In this document: piece after piece, positions 27,465 to 40,406 of the stretch | Numbering within the stretch: position 1 is the stretch's first letter | Layout of the letters: each line of letters starts with the position of its first letter | Assembly: GCF_022045235.1 (NCBI RefSeq) | Contig: NW_027266267.1 | Location: forward strand, 30,690,001 to 30,754,000 | DNA from: Haliotis cracherodii | Lineage: Eukaryota | Reading direction: 5' to 3' | Length of the DNA stretch: 64,000 bases | Position numbers and translations under genes: made by a program | Notes under the pieces: generated by a model | The model's database searches: none | What the model saw: the letters and a program-made list of their open reading frames with translations, nothing else | Told to the model about the DNA's origin: nothing

Positions 27465-28180
27465 CACTCTTCAAAAAAAAAAAGAAACACACAGTTAGAT
27501 GTTTTTTAGTAAATTGATTGTACCTAATAGATTGATATATTCATTTAGTATCATAGATACAAACATGATTTTTTTAGCTCGATAGTCACATGTTGTCCTT
27601 GTACAAAGGCATTGAAAACTGTCACATAAGGCTACAAAGTTGCGCTGAACTCAGTATCACGTGTGACCGCCGTCGATCGAGTTTATCTCAGAGGTGTTCG
27701 ATTGGGTCGAGATCTGGAGATCTCGACGGTCAGGGCAAGGTGTTGATGTTGGCATTATGAAGGTAGTCTAACGTGACACGAGCTGTGTGCGGTGGAGCGT
27801 TGTCCTGTTGAAACAGCTCTCTCTGGCGGTCAATGATTGAAAGAATGTGAGGTTGAAGAATATGATTCATGTAGCGATTTGCTGTCAAATTTCTCTGAAC
27901 CACAGCCAAGTCAGATCTCGTGGTGTAAGATATCCCCCCCCCCCCCACACCATGACACTTTCGCCACCGAAATTGTACACAATGTGGGTCAAAACGTTCA
28001 TTTCGACGACGATAAACACGTTGTCTTCCATCTCGCCGGTGAAGAAGAAATCGTGATTCACCGCTAAACCACACTCGTCCCTAGTTTCTCAAATTCCAAG
28101 GCTGTAAGGCATGACACCAACGCAAGCGTCGCTGACGATGGATCTGTTGCAAAACAGGGAAGATAACTGGTCTTCTACAA
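27465..28180 (-). mobile_element. Defective Tc1-family (DD34E) transposon fragment with one TIR-like end
   Basis: WFSGESRF..DGRQRVYRR, FQQDNAPPHTAR and LP*PSRSPDLDPIEHL*, with 34 residues between D and E. End cactcttcaaaaaa..gaaac. The first catalytic D reads as G, and there are stops and a frameshift. Confidence 0.92.
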
Positions 28181-28238
28181 CATATTACATACTCTACACC
28201 GAGACATAAACAGTCATCCGCAACATATTACACATACC

Positions 28239-29070
28239 GTGTACAGACACACCCACTTTATACAGTCAGCGTACAAACACACACATGTGAGACAGTCAGT
28301 GTACAGACACACACATGTGAGACAGTCAGTGTACAGACACACAAATGTGAGACAGTCAGTGTACAGACACACAAATGTGAGACAGTCAGTGTACAGACAC
28401 ACACATGTGAGACAGTCAGTGTACAGACACACACATGTGAGACAGTCAGTGTACAGACACACACATGTGAGACTGTCAGTGTACAGACACACACATGTTT
28501 GACTGTCAGTGTACAGACACACACATTTGAGACAGTCAGTGTACAGACACACACATGTGAGACAGTCAGTGTACAGACACACACATGTGAGACAGTCAGT
28601 GTACAGACACACACATGTGAGACAGTCAGTGTACAGACACACACACGTGATACAATCAATGTACAGACACACACACGTGAGACAGTCAGTGTACAGACAC
28701 ACACATGTGACAATCAGTGTACAGACAAAAACACGTGATACAATCAGTGTACAGACACACACACGTGATACAATCAGTGTACAGACACACACACGTGATA
28801 CAATCAGTGTACAGACACACACACGTGATACAATCAGTGTACAGACACACACACGTGATACAATCAGTGCACAGACACACACACGTGATAAAATCAGTGT
28901 ACAAACACATACACGTCATGCAATCAGTGTACAGACACACACACTTGATACAATCAGTGTGTATACACACACGTGATACAATCAGTGTACAAACACATAC
29001 ACGTCATGCAATCAGTGTACACACATACAGACAAACACACACACACGTGATACAATCAGTGAACACACAC
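28239..29070. repeat. 30-bp minisatellite (gtacagacacacacatgtgagacagtcagt)n with a variant second half
   Basis: Tandem units; switches to ...cacgtgatacaatcagt after ~28710. Confidence 0.97.
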
Positions 29071-29965
29071 ATATACAAAGTTCCAATACAGTTGTACGTA
29101 GTGATAACTGAATCTTGCGGGATCAGTGTGAAGATTTGGAAGTAATAAGAGTCCCCCCAACAAACCAAATTATACTCGCTTACGATAAAACCCTTATAGA
29201 AGTATTTTTTATTTGGTTGACGAATGGTCAGAGATTATTACTCATGTGGTGTGAGGAGACTTTTACAGTAATATCAACCACCCATATCTAGCTAGATGTC
29301 ACACGCAAAGCGACTGTGGGTAGCAGATTGTAAAGGGACAAGTCATGCGAATACTATGTACAGTGCAAACAATGTGTGATTAACTTTGTAATAACCACTG
29401 CTTGCGAAATAGACATTTCAGAGTAGTATAACGCTGCGAAGAAGCAGAGGAAACCGAGCACGACCAAACGCTCTGACGCAAGGAGCAGACAGCTTGTACG
29501 CGTAAAGGGCTTTGGGAAGCGGTGGTCGTGATTTGTTATCTCCCCTTGAACGACCGCAGTCTGATTTATCTTCATAGCTTAAACTGACACTCGTATAAAA
29601 AAGTTTGTTCAAAGCAAATTTTGAGAAGATGATCCAACCATCAAGACTCACATTTTAAAAATCTCCTGTTCCTGATGAAATTACTAATGAGTGAGTGAGT
29701 GAAATTAATAATGACCACATTCACTTCTTTGGAAAAGTGTTGCTTTAGCACGCCTATTCAAAAGTATTGTCCAGACTTGTTATTCACCAGCTATGTTAAA
29801 GACAGGCGTCATCATACCACTCAGGATTACCCTCACTTCAGGAGTAGGAGAGACATTTGAAAAGAATTCTGCTTGACTTATTAAAAAGAAAATATCGAAA
29901 TAAGAAACCTGGATTTTCCTCGTAAATTACTGTTTGGGTACAAAAGGGAACACGGTACAAGAGAT

Positions 29966-30349
29966 CGCATCCGTGGTCTAGCACTAGAACGTCCACCGGT
30001 GAGCGGAAGGTCGGGGTTCGATCCCCGGTCGCGTCATACCAAAAGACTTTAAAAGATGGTACTTGTTGTTACCCTGCCTGACGCTCGGCATTAAGGGGCT
30101 AAAACAAGGCCTGGTCGGCTCGGAGTCAGTATACTTTGTCTCAGTGGGGTATTCATGTTAAACTGCGGTATGGTATCTTAGTGGACTAGCACTATAAAAT
30201 CGGCATTAGCCCGGAGTAGTGCGGGCGCGCTTGTGTGTACGTATGTGTGTGTAGCTGCTTGTACTAGTCCGGACTAATGCCGATTTTATAGTGCGCGCCG
30301 CTATATAAGTGCAACTGCCTTGAACGCGACCAATTTCACCTCATCTCAC
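29966..30349 (+). mobile_element. tRNA-derived SINE (second family) with internal inverted duplication
   Basis: B-box ggttcgatccc, body homologous to 48196-48532, tail tttcacctca. Confidence 0.85.
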
Positions 30350-30392
30350 GGTACCAGAAAAATTATTTCCTGCTATACAGACAGGGGAGCTA

Positions 30393-30578
30393 CACTGTTA
30401 AACCATACCGTAATATTTTACGGTAAAAGGTTGGCAACCGTGCTGACGCGCATTTATCGTAGTACCACGGTATATACCGTAGTACTTTTATACTGTACCT
30501 TTTTTACAGAAAATGACCGTCAGCACGGTTGCCAACGTTTTACCGTATTAAAACGATTCTTCTCCCATTACTACAGTA
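30393..30578. mobile_element. Small CACTG-type (CMC/EnSpm-like) MITE
   Basis: Starts ta|cactg; 30-bp inverted repeat at 30419-30448 / 30518-30547 with one mismatch. Confidence 0.6.
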
Positions 30579-30872
30579 ATTTACTGCTGAATAGTGAATG
30601 TACAAACTCACTTGAACAACAGATTTGTCAGAAAACAAGTTTTATTCAGTTAACTGACTGGGTTTTTATATGATCAGTAAACGAATACCTTCTGCAATTT
30701 GTGAAATAAAGTGAGTGAGTCATTGATTAAATAGACTAATGATAACAACTCAGAACTGCAATCCTGCACAAGAAAGTATTTTCTCCTTTACATTACCAGT
30801 TGTAAACTTTATGACATGAAACAGAGGATAAATATAAGCATGTTTACTTTATGACTGTTTGGAAATTGGTTG

Positions 30873-32275
30873 ACGTACTCAAAGTGATCTACATGCCCAG
30901 TTTACATGTACACACTCAGTTTACAGGTACTCAAGGTGATGTACACACTCAGTTTACAGGTACTCAAAGTGATGTAACACTCAGTTTACAGGTACTCAAA
31001 GTGATGTACACACTCAGTTTACGGGTACTCAAAGTGATGTACACACTCAGTTTACAGGTACTCAAATTTATATACAAACATCAGTTTACAGGTTCTCAAA
31101 GTGATGTACAAAATCAGTTTACAGGTACTCAAAGTGATGTACAAACATCAGTTTACAGATATTCAAAGTGATGTACACACTCAGTTTACAGGTACTCAAG
31201 GTGGTGTACACACTCAGTTTACAGGTACTCAAGGTGGTGTACACACTCAGTTTACAGGTACTCAAAGTGATGTACACACTCAGTTTACAGGTACTCAAGG
31301 TGGTGTACACACTCAGTTTACAGGTACTCAAAGTGATGTCACACTCAGTATACAAGTACTCAAAGTGATGTACACACTCAGTTTACAGGTACTCAAAGTG
31401 ATGTACACACTCAGTTTACAGGTACTCAAGGTGATGTACACACTCAGTTTACAGGTACTCAAGGTGATGTCAAACTCAGTTTACAGGTACTCAAGGTGAT
31501 GTACAAAATCAGTTTACAGGTACTCAAATTTATATACAAACATCAGTTTACAGGTATTCAAAGTGATGTACACACTCAGTTTACAGGTACTCAAAGTGAT
31601 GTCACACTCAGTTTACAGGTACTCAAAGTGATGTACAAAATCAGTTTACAGGTACTCAAATTTATATACAAACATCAGTTTACAGGTACTCAAAGTGATG
31701 TACACACTCAGTTTACAGGTACTCAAAGTGATGTACAAAATCAGTTAACAGGTACTCAAAGTGATGTACAAAATCAGTTTACAGGTACTCAAATTTATAT
31801 ACAAAATCAGTTTACAGGTATTCAAAGTGATGTACACACTCAGTTTACAGGTACTCAAATTTATATACAAAATCAGTTTACAGGTATTCAAAGTGATGTA
31901 CAAAATCAGTTTACAGGTACTCAAAGTGATATAGAAAATCAGTTTACAGGTACTCAAAGTGATGTACACACTCAGTTTACGGGTACTCAAGGTGATGTAC
32001 ACACTCAGTTTACAGGTACTCAAAGTGATGTCACACTCAGTTTACGGGTACTCAAAGTGATGTACACACTCAGTTTACAGGTACTCAAAGTGATGTACAC
32101 CCTCAGTTTACAGGTAATCAAGGTGATGTACACGCTAAGTTTACAGGTACTCAAGGTGATGTACACGCTAAGTTTACGGGTACTCAAAGTGATGTACATG
32201 CTCAGTTTACAGACACGCAAAGTGATTTACAAGCTGAGTTAACTGGCACTCCAAGTGATGTACAAGCTCAGTTAA
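30873..32275. repeat. 33-bp minisatellite (tgatgtacacactcagtttacaggtactcaaag)n, ~42 units
   Basis: Tandem units, with occasional 2-bp-shorter variants that shift frame. Confidence 0.97.
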
Positions 32276-33483
32276 CTTTCTCTCTAATTTAACAAACTAA
32301 TGTTGATCCAATGAAGTATGATATCCTTAGTTTCATTGAAAACAATTAAATCTATCAAAGCAAAACAGAATACCACTGAAACTTCAGGTTTCAGGTTTTA
32401 AGCTACAAATAAAAAATTACGGCAATCTGCAGCAACTCCAAAATTTAAACAATGCAGCCCTCTTTAACAAGTGAATTAAATATCAAATTTGCAGTTTTTA
32501 TGTAAATGTTGCTAACACCTATCATTGATTTTTACTTATTAAAACTCTGATATCCTTATCTTCATTGAAAATAATGAAATCTGATCATGATCATGTAGTC
32601 ACTATATACAGCTCATGATAAATAAAACACCTTGGTTGAAGATAAAATTTGCATTACCAGTCTGCTTTACATTTATCGAGTGGAAATAATATATCTTCAA
32701 CTATTTCCATAAAACAATCACTGCAAACTCACTACCACTCGTAGTTCAGCATGTAAAATAACAAGTTAAAGCTGTATTAGCTACATAAGTTACAGTTCCT
32801 TGCGATCATTTATGGTTCAAGCCACTCAAAGTCAGAAAGGCTGTGTTTAATATGTTTACAAGTCTTACTGGACAATTAAAACTAAGGCTTTCAATCGAAT
32901 CTGGCACAGTGGCCTTTGCTAAAATTGTTAGAACTTGGAATACAAGGCAGAATATGTCATATCCTAGGCCAGTCTTGCAGTAACAGTATGTGTTAGATTT
33001 GTAAAATATACAAGCCGTGCATGTCCAGTACAGCAGTGGTAGGCCAAGGACGGGTCCGATCTGCCTGCTTGTTCCTTGTCTATATTAATAACCTAATACT
33101 ACGTCTAAATGAGATAAAATGTTGACAAATAACTAATGGTGACCATATTGCAGATGTTCTTTCAGGTGATGACATTACGCTTGACTGTACTATTAGAAAG
33201 GGTCGACAACGTTCTCCAGACGTATGACGTTCTCCAGACGTATCGTAAATAAACTGGTTAGTGGAGACTCACATACAACTCAAGCAGAGGTTGTGTGTTG
33301 GCATTTCAAGGTGGATACAATGCTGCTATAAAGCAAATGTATACCCTGAACAAAATGGAAAAGGATATAAAAGCTACCTTGTGAAGATTCATTTTGCCAA
33401 TCACAAGATTGTCTAGGACCGCCGTCCTATAGTTGGAATATTGCTGCGTACACCTAACAAACAAATATTTCATCTGCCATTAT

Positions 33484-33708
33484 CTATGCTTGTTCCCTAA
33501 TGTCGACAGTGAAAGAGAAGGAAAGAGGAGCCCGAGGTTGGGCCAATGTCAGCAGAGTTCTGTCCTCTCTGCGAGACGTAGTTCTGAACCTGGTGTTTGT
33601 TATATTATAAGGCGCAGGGTCAATATCAATGTCATGTCCCGGTGAGCTTGGTGTGTTACCAGTCACACGTGGAACATTGTCTGAATTGCCAGGCCGAGTG
33701 TGATGATA
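33484..33708 (-). CDS. Candidate terminal coding exon, unknown protein
   Basis: Acceptor tgtttcacag followed by 74 open codons (YHHTRPGNSDNVPRV...DIREQA) to TAG. No recognised homology and no linked upstream exon. Confidence 0.25.
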   Translation of the reverse strand, partial: YHHTRPGNSDNVPRVTGNTPSSPGHDIDIDPAPYNITNTRFRTTSRREDRTLLTLAQPRAPLSFSFTVDIREQA

Positions 33709-34123
33709 CTGTGAAACATAAACATCGTTTCCACTGTAAGTTTCTACTACAACAGTAACAACATCTAAGTGAACGTATATTTGACAACGCCAGCCGCAAT
33801 CACTATCTCAGTCTTCAGGATTGTGACTGTGAAGATAACAAAATTGTAACACTTCTGGTGGTATCACAACCATTGTTGAAGAAATGGAACTCGATGACTG
33901 GGCTAACGTGTGTACAGAAGGCAAATGAATAAGTTCATGGAACGTCGAATCAATTGTATTGAGTGCAGTAATTTGCTAATGTACATTGTCTGAATATCAT
34001 GTAATCTACAATGTATTCTTCGACTCAATTGGAAGAGAGAAAGAACATCCAAATATCCACAAATCCACCCTTCCATCCATCTTATCCCACCCCACCACAA
34101 CCAAACCCACCCCTAACACCTTA

Positions 34124-37100
34124 CAGTAATGTACAACATACTGTATACCGCCAACTGACACAAACAGTAATGTACAACATACTGTATACCACCAACTAAC
34201 ACATACTGTAATGTACAACATACTGTATACCACCAACTGACATATACAGTAATCTACAACATACTGTATACCGTCAACTAACACCTTACAGTAATGTACA
34301 ACATACTGTATACCGCCAACTGACACAAACAGTAATGTACAACATACTGTATACCACCAACTAACACATACTGTAATGTACAACATACTGTATACCACCA
34401 ACTAACACATACTGTAATGTACAACATACTGTATACCACCAACTGACATATACAGTAATCTACAACATACTGTATACCGTCAACTAACACATACAGTAAT
34501 GTACAACATACTAAATACCGTCAACTAACACATACAGTAATCTACAACATACTGTATACCACCAACTGACATATACAGTAATCTACAACATACTGTATAC
34601 CGCCAACTGACACATACAGTAATGTACAACATGCTAAATACCGTCAACTAACACATACAGTAATCTACAACATACTGTATACCACCAACTGACATATACA
34701 GTAATCTACAACATGCTAAATACCGCCAACTGACACATACAGTAATGTACAACATACTGTATACCACCAACTGACACACACAGTAATCTACAACATACTG
34801 TATACCGCCAACTGACACATACAGTAATCTACAACATACTGTATACCACCAACTGACACATACAGTAATCTACAACATACTGTATACCACCAGCTGACAC
34901 ATACAGTAATCTACAACATACTGTATACCACCAACTGACACATACAGTAATCTACAACATACTGTATACCACCAACTGACACATACAGTAATCTACAACA
35001 TACTGTATACCACCAACATACACATACAGTAATCTACAACATACTGTATACCGCCAACTGACACATACAGTAATCTACAACATACTGTATACCACCAACT
35101 GACACATACAGTAATCTACAACATACTGTATACCGTCAACTGACATATACAGTAATGTACAACATACTGTATACCACCAACTGACACATACAGTAATCTA
35201 CAACATACTGTATACCACCAACTGACACATACAGTAATCTACAACATACTGTATACCACCAGCTGACACATACAGTAATCTACAACATACTGTATACCAC
35301 CAACTGACACATACAGTAATCTACAACATACTGTATACCACCAACTGACACATACAGTAATCTACAACATACTGTATACCACCAACATACACATACAGTA
35401 ATCTACAACATACTGTATACCGCCAACTGACACATACAGTAATCTACAACATACTGTATACCACCAACTGACACATACAGTAATCTACAACATACTGTAT
35501 ACCGTCAACTGACATATACAGTAATGTACAACATACTGTATACCACCAACTGACACATACAGTAATCTACAACATACTGTATACCACCAACTGACACATA
35601 CAGTAATCTACAACATACTGTATACCACCAACTGACACATACAGTAATCTACAACATACTGTATACCGCCAACTGACACATACAGTAATCTACAACATAC
35701 TGTATACCACCAACTGACACATACAGTAATCTACAACATACTGTATACCACCAACTGACACATACAGTAAACTACAACATACTGTATACCGCCAACTGAC
35801 ACATACAGTAATCTACAACATACTGTATACCGCCAACTGACACATACAGTAATCTACAACATACTGTATACCACCAACTGACACATACAGTAATGTACAA
35901 CATACTGTATACCGTCAACTGACATATACAGTAATGTACAACATACTGTATACCACCAACTGACACAAACAGTAATCTACAACATACTGTATACCACCAA
36001 CTGACACATACAGTAATGTACAACATACTGTATACCGCCAACTGACACAAACAGTAATCTACAACATACTGTATACCACCAACTGACACATACAGTAATG
36101 TACAACATACTGTATACCACCAACTGACACACACAGTAATCTACAACATACTGTATACCACCAACTGACATATACAGTAATCTACAACATACTGTATACC
36201 GCCAACTGACACACACAGTAATCTACAACATACTGTATACCACCAACTGACACATACAGTAATGTACAACATACTGTATACCACCAACTGACACACACAG
36301 TAATCTACAACATACTGTATACCACCAACTGACATATACAGTAATCTACAACATACTGTATACCACCAACTGACACATACAGTAATGTACAACATACTGT
36401 ATACCACCAACTGACACACACAGTAATCTACAACATACTGTATACCGCCAACTGACATATACAGTAATCTACAACATACTGTATACCGCCAACTGACACA
36501 CACAGTAATCTACAACATACTGTATACCACCAACTGACACATACAGTAATCTACAACATACTGTATACCGCCAACTGACACAAACAGTAATCTACAACAT
36601 ACTGTATACCGCCAACTGACACATACAGTAATCTACAACATACTGTATACCGCCAACTGACACATACAGTAATCTACAACATACTGTATACCGCCAACTG
36701 ACACAAACAGTAATCTACAACATACTGTATACCGCCAACTGACACATACAGTAATCTACAACATACTGTATACCGTCAACTGACATATACAGTAATGTAC
36801 AACATACTGTATACCACCATCTCACACATACAGTAATGTACAACATACTGTATACCGCCAACTGACATATACAGTAATGTACAACATACTGTATACCGCC
36901 AACTGACACATACAGTAATCTACAACATACTGTATACCACCAACTGACACATACAGTAATGTACAACATACTGTATACCACCAACTGACATATACAGTAA
37001 TCTACAACATACTGTATACCACCAACTGACACATACAGTAATCTACAACATACTGTAAACCGCCAACTGACACACACAGTAATCTACAACATACTGTATA

Positions 37101-39035
37101 CCACCAACTGACATATACAGTAATGTACAACATACTGTATACCACCAACTGACACAAACAGTAATCTACAACATACTGTATACCACCAACTGACACATAC
37201 AGTAATGTACAACATACTGTATACCGCCAACTGACACAAACAGTAATCTACAACATACTGTATACCACCAACTGACACATACAGTAATGTACAACATACT
37301 GTATACCACCAACTGACACACACAGTAATCTACAACATACTGTATACCACCAACTGACATATACAGTAATCTACAACATACTGTATACCGCCAACTGACA
37401 CACACAGTAATCTACAACATACTGTATACCACCAACTGACACATACAGTAATGTACAACATACTGTATACCACCAACTGACACACACAGTAATCTACAAC
37501 ATACTGTATACCACCAACTGACATATACAGTAATCTACAACATACTGTATACCGCCAACTGACACACACAGTAATCTACAACATACTGTATACCACCAAC
37601 TGACACATACAGTAATGTACAACATACTGTATACCACCAACTGACACACACAGTAATCTACAACATACTGTATACCACCAACTGACATATACAGTAATCT
37701 ACAACATACTGTATACCACCAACTGACACATACAGTAATGTACAACATACTGTATACCACCAACTGACACACACAGTAATCTACAACATACTGTATACCG
37801 CCAACTGACATATACAGTAATCTACAACATACTGTATACCGCCAACTGACACACACAGTAATCTACAACATACTGTATACCACCAACTGACACATACAGT
37901 AATCTACAACATACTGTATACCGCCAACTGACACAAACAGTAATCTACAACATACTGTATACCGCCAACTGACACATACAGTAATCTACAACATACTGTA
38001 TACCGCCAACTGACACATACAGTAATCTACAACATACTGTATACCGCCAACTGACACAAACAGTAATCTACAACATACTGTATACCGCCAACTGACACAT
38101 ACAGTAATCTACAACATACTGTATACCGTCAACTGACATATACAGTAATGTACAACATACTGTATACCACCATCTCACACATACAGTAATGTACAACATA
38201 CTGTATACCGCCAACTGACATATACAGTAATGTACAACATACTGTATACCGCCAACTGACACATACAGTAATCTACAACATACTGTATACCACCAACTGA
38301 CACATACAGTAATGTACAACATACTGTATACCACCAACTGACATATACAGTAATCTACAACATACTGTATACCACCAACTGACACATACAGTAATCTACA
38401 ACATACTGTAAACCGCCAACTGACACACACAGTAATCTACAACATACTGTATACCACCAACTGACATATACAGTAATGTACAACATACTGTATACCGCCA
38501 ACTGACACATACAGTAATCTACAACATACTGTATACCACCAACTGACACATACAGTAATCTACAACATACTGTATACCGTCAACTGACATATACAGTAAT
38601 GTACAACATACTGTATACCGTCAACTGACATATACAGTAATGTACAACATACTGTATACCGTCAACTGACACATACAGTAATCTACAACATACTGTATAC
38701 CACCAACTGACACATACAGTAATCTACAACATACTGTATACCGCCAACATACACATACAGTAATCTACAACATACTGTATACCGCCAACTGACACATACA
38801 GTAATGTACAACATACTGTATACCACCAACTGACACATACAGTAATGTACAACATACTGTATACCACCAACTGACACACACAGTAATCTACAACATACTG
38901 TATACCACCAACTGATTCATACAGTAATTTACAACATATTGTTATAAGACCAACTGACACATACAGTAATCTTCTCTATGCTACCAACTGACACATACAC
39001 TAGTCTACATGCTGCAACACTAAGTGCACAAACAG
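34124..39035. repeat. 41-bp minisatellite (cagtaatctacaacatactgtataccaccaactgacacata)n, ~118 units
   Basis: Highly homogeneous array with block duplications; degenerate right edge. Confidence 0.99.
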
Positions 39036-40406
39036 TAATTGTTTGGATTACAGATTCATATGAACAATAATGATATATGCAAACTATCTTCAATGTTTCA
39101 GGTTTGTATCCGAGGTCACTCGCTTCATGACTGTCACAGTGTTGTGTTTGGGTGCTTGCATATTACTCCGGAAACATTCTTGCCACATAAATCACTTACT
39201 TCATTGACTAAATTATCCCCTACTTTTTTGCATATTATTTGTGAATTAAAAAACCCCTACCTTAATGCATCTTCAATACATTCTTCATATCATCAATAAC
39301 ATTATCATCTGTATTGATGTGTCTTCATCCTCCTTATATCTAAACGGGTTCTGTTAATCCGTTACAATGGTGATAGGTTTTACTTAAATGCCACATGTTA
39401 TATACCTGGTTTTAGTGAGAAACTGTTTAATTCATACCCTGTCTGTGAAGGAGAAGAGGAAACTATCAATGTGGATGATTTAAGAACAAAAAATATTCCC
39501 GAGGACAGTTAACAATCTTTCTGATTTATGACGTAAAGGGTTTAGAATTCCGGAAACACTCCCCGAGACTTTGAAATTGCATTCTCGTTAAATTCCCGTC
39601 CGCACGCGACTTTAAAAAGTCACACATTGTTCTCATTAAGGTGGCTGTTTTGTGTTAACCTGTGCCCTGGCACCATGTATGAGACGGAGCTGAAATTCCG
39701 TTAAAATCACTTAAAATATTAAATTGCGCGAGACCTCGCGACGCACGAGATTTAAGCAGCTGTGAGCACGTGGCTTGTCTTCAACCGGAAATGGTTCTCT
39801 CGTTTAGTTGATGTCAGATGTTAAATATTTCAAGACACGGTGTTGGTACGATCTATTTCACATTTGACAAACAGCAAGTTACGTTTCCACACTCATGTTG
39901 GACACTTTCACCTTTTTGTTCTCTTATGATTTATTATTTGTTGTAGGAATCCTAGTAATTGATTCTTTTAAGAGAAACTTTAACTTCTATCAGTACCTCC
40001 GAATTTATATTATTTCTGCATTTTCCTTTCTGATTCCATGTATATGGAATGATTGGCACAGAATGGGCATGTTACTCAACTGACAATGCATTGCGGAAGT
40101 ACATATGATACACGCGTCGATACAGTGCAAATGACGAATCAGTTTGTGGCTTGTAGTCGTGTTTTTGTTGTTGAAAACATAGAAACAAAGATATTAGTAA
40201 ATCTGTTGCAGTACGTTTACAATCAGTAAATCCGATCAGAAAAAAGTCTTTAAAATGTATTAATGTTTAGTATGCTCCAAACGGCACCAATGTTGTATGC
40301 TGTGTGACTATATCAAAAAGCATATGGTTGTGGTTTTCGTCCTCCATTCAAGTCACGTTCTGGTGTCATGTCTTCCTCTCATGTCATGTCATGTTGTTAC
40401 GTTACC

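Noticed and set aside
28214-39035. Repetitive ORFs in the 30-, 33- and 41-bp arrays
   Set aside because: They overlap on both strands, are frameshifted by unit indels, and have no unique coding context.
34124-39035. CRISPR-like array
   Set aside because: Units are contiguous with no unique spacers, there are no cas genes, and the context is eukaryotic.
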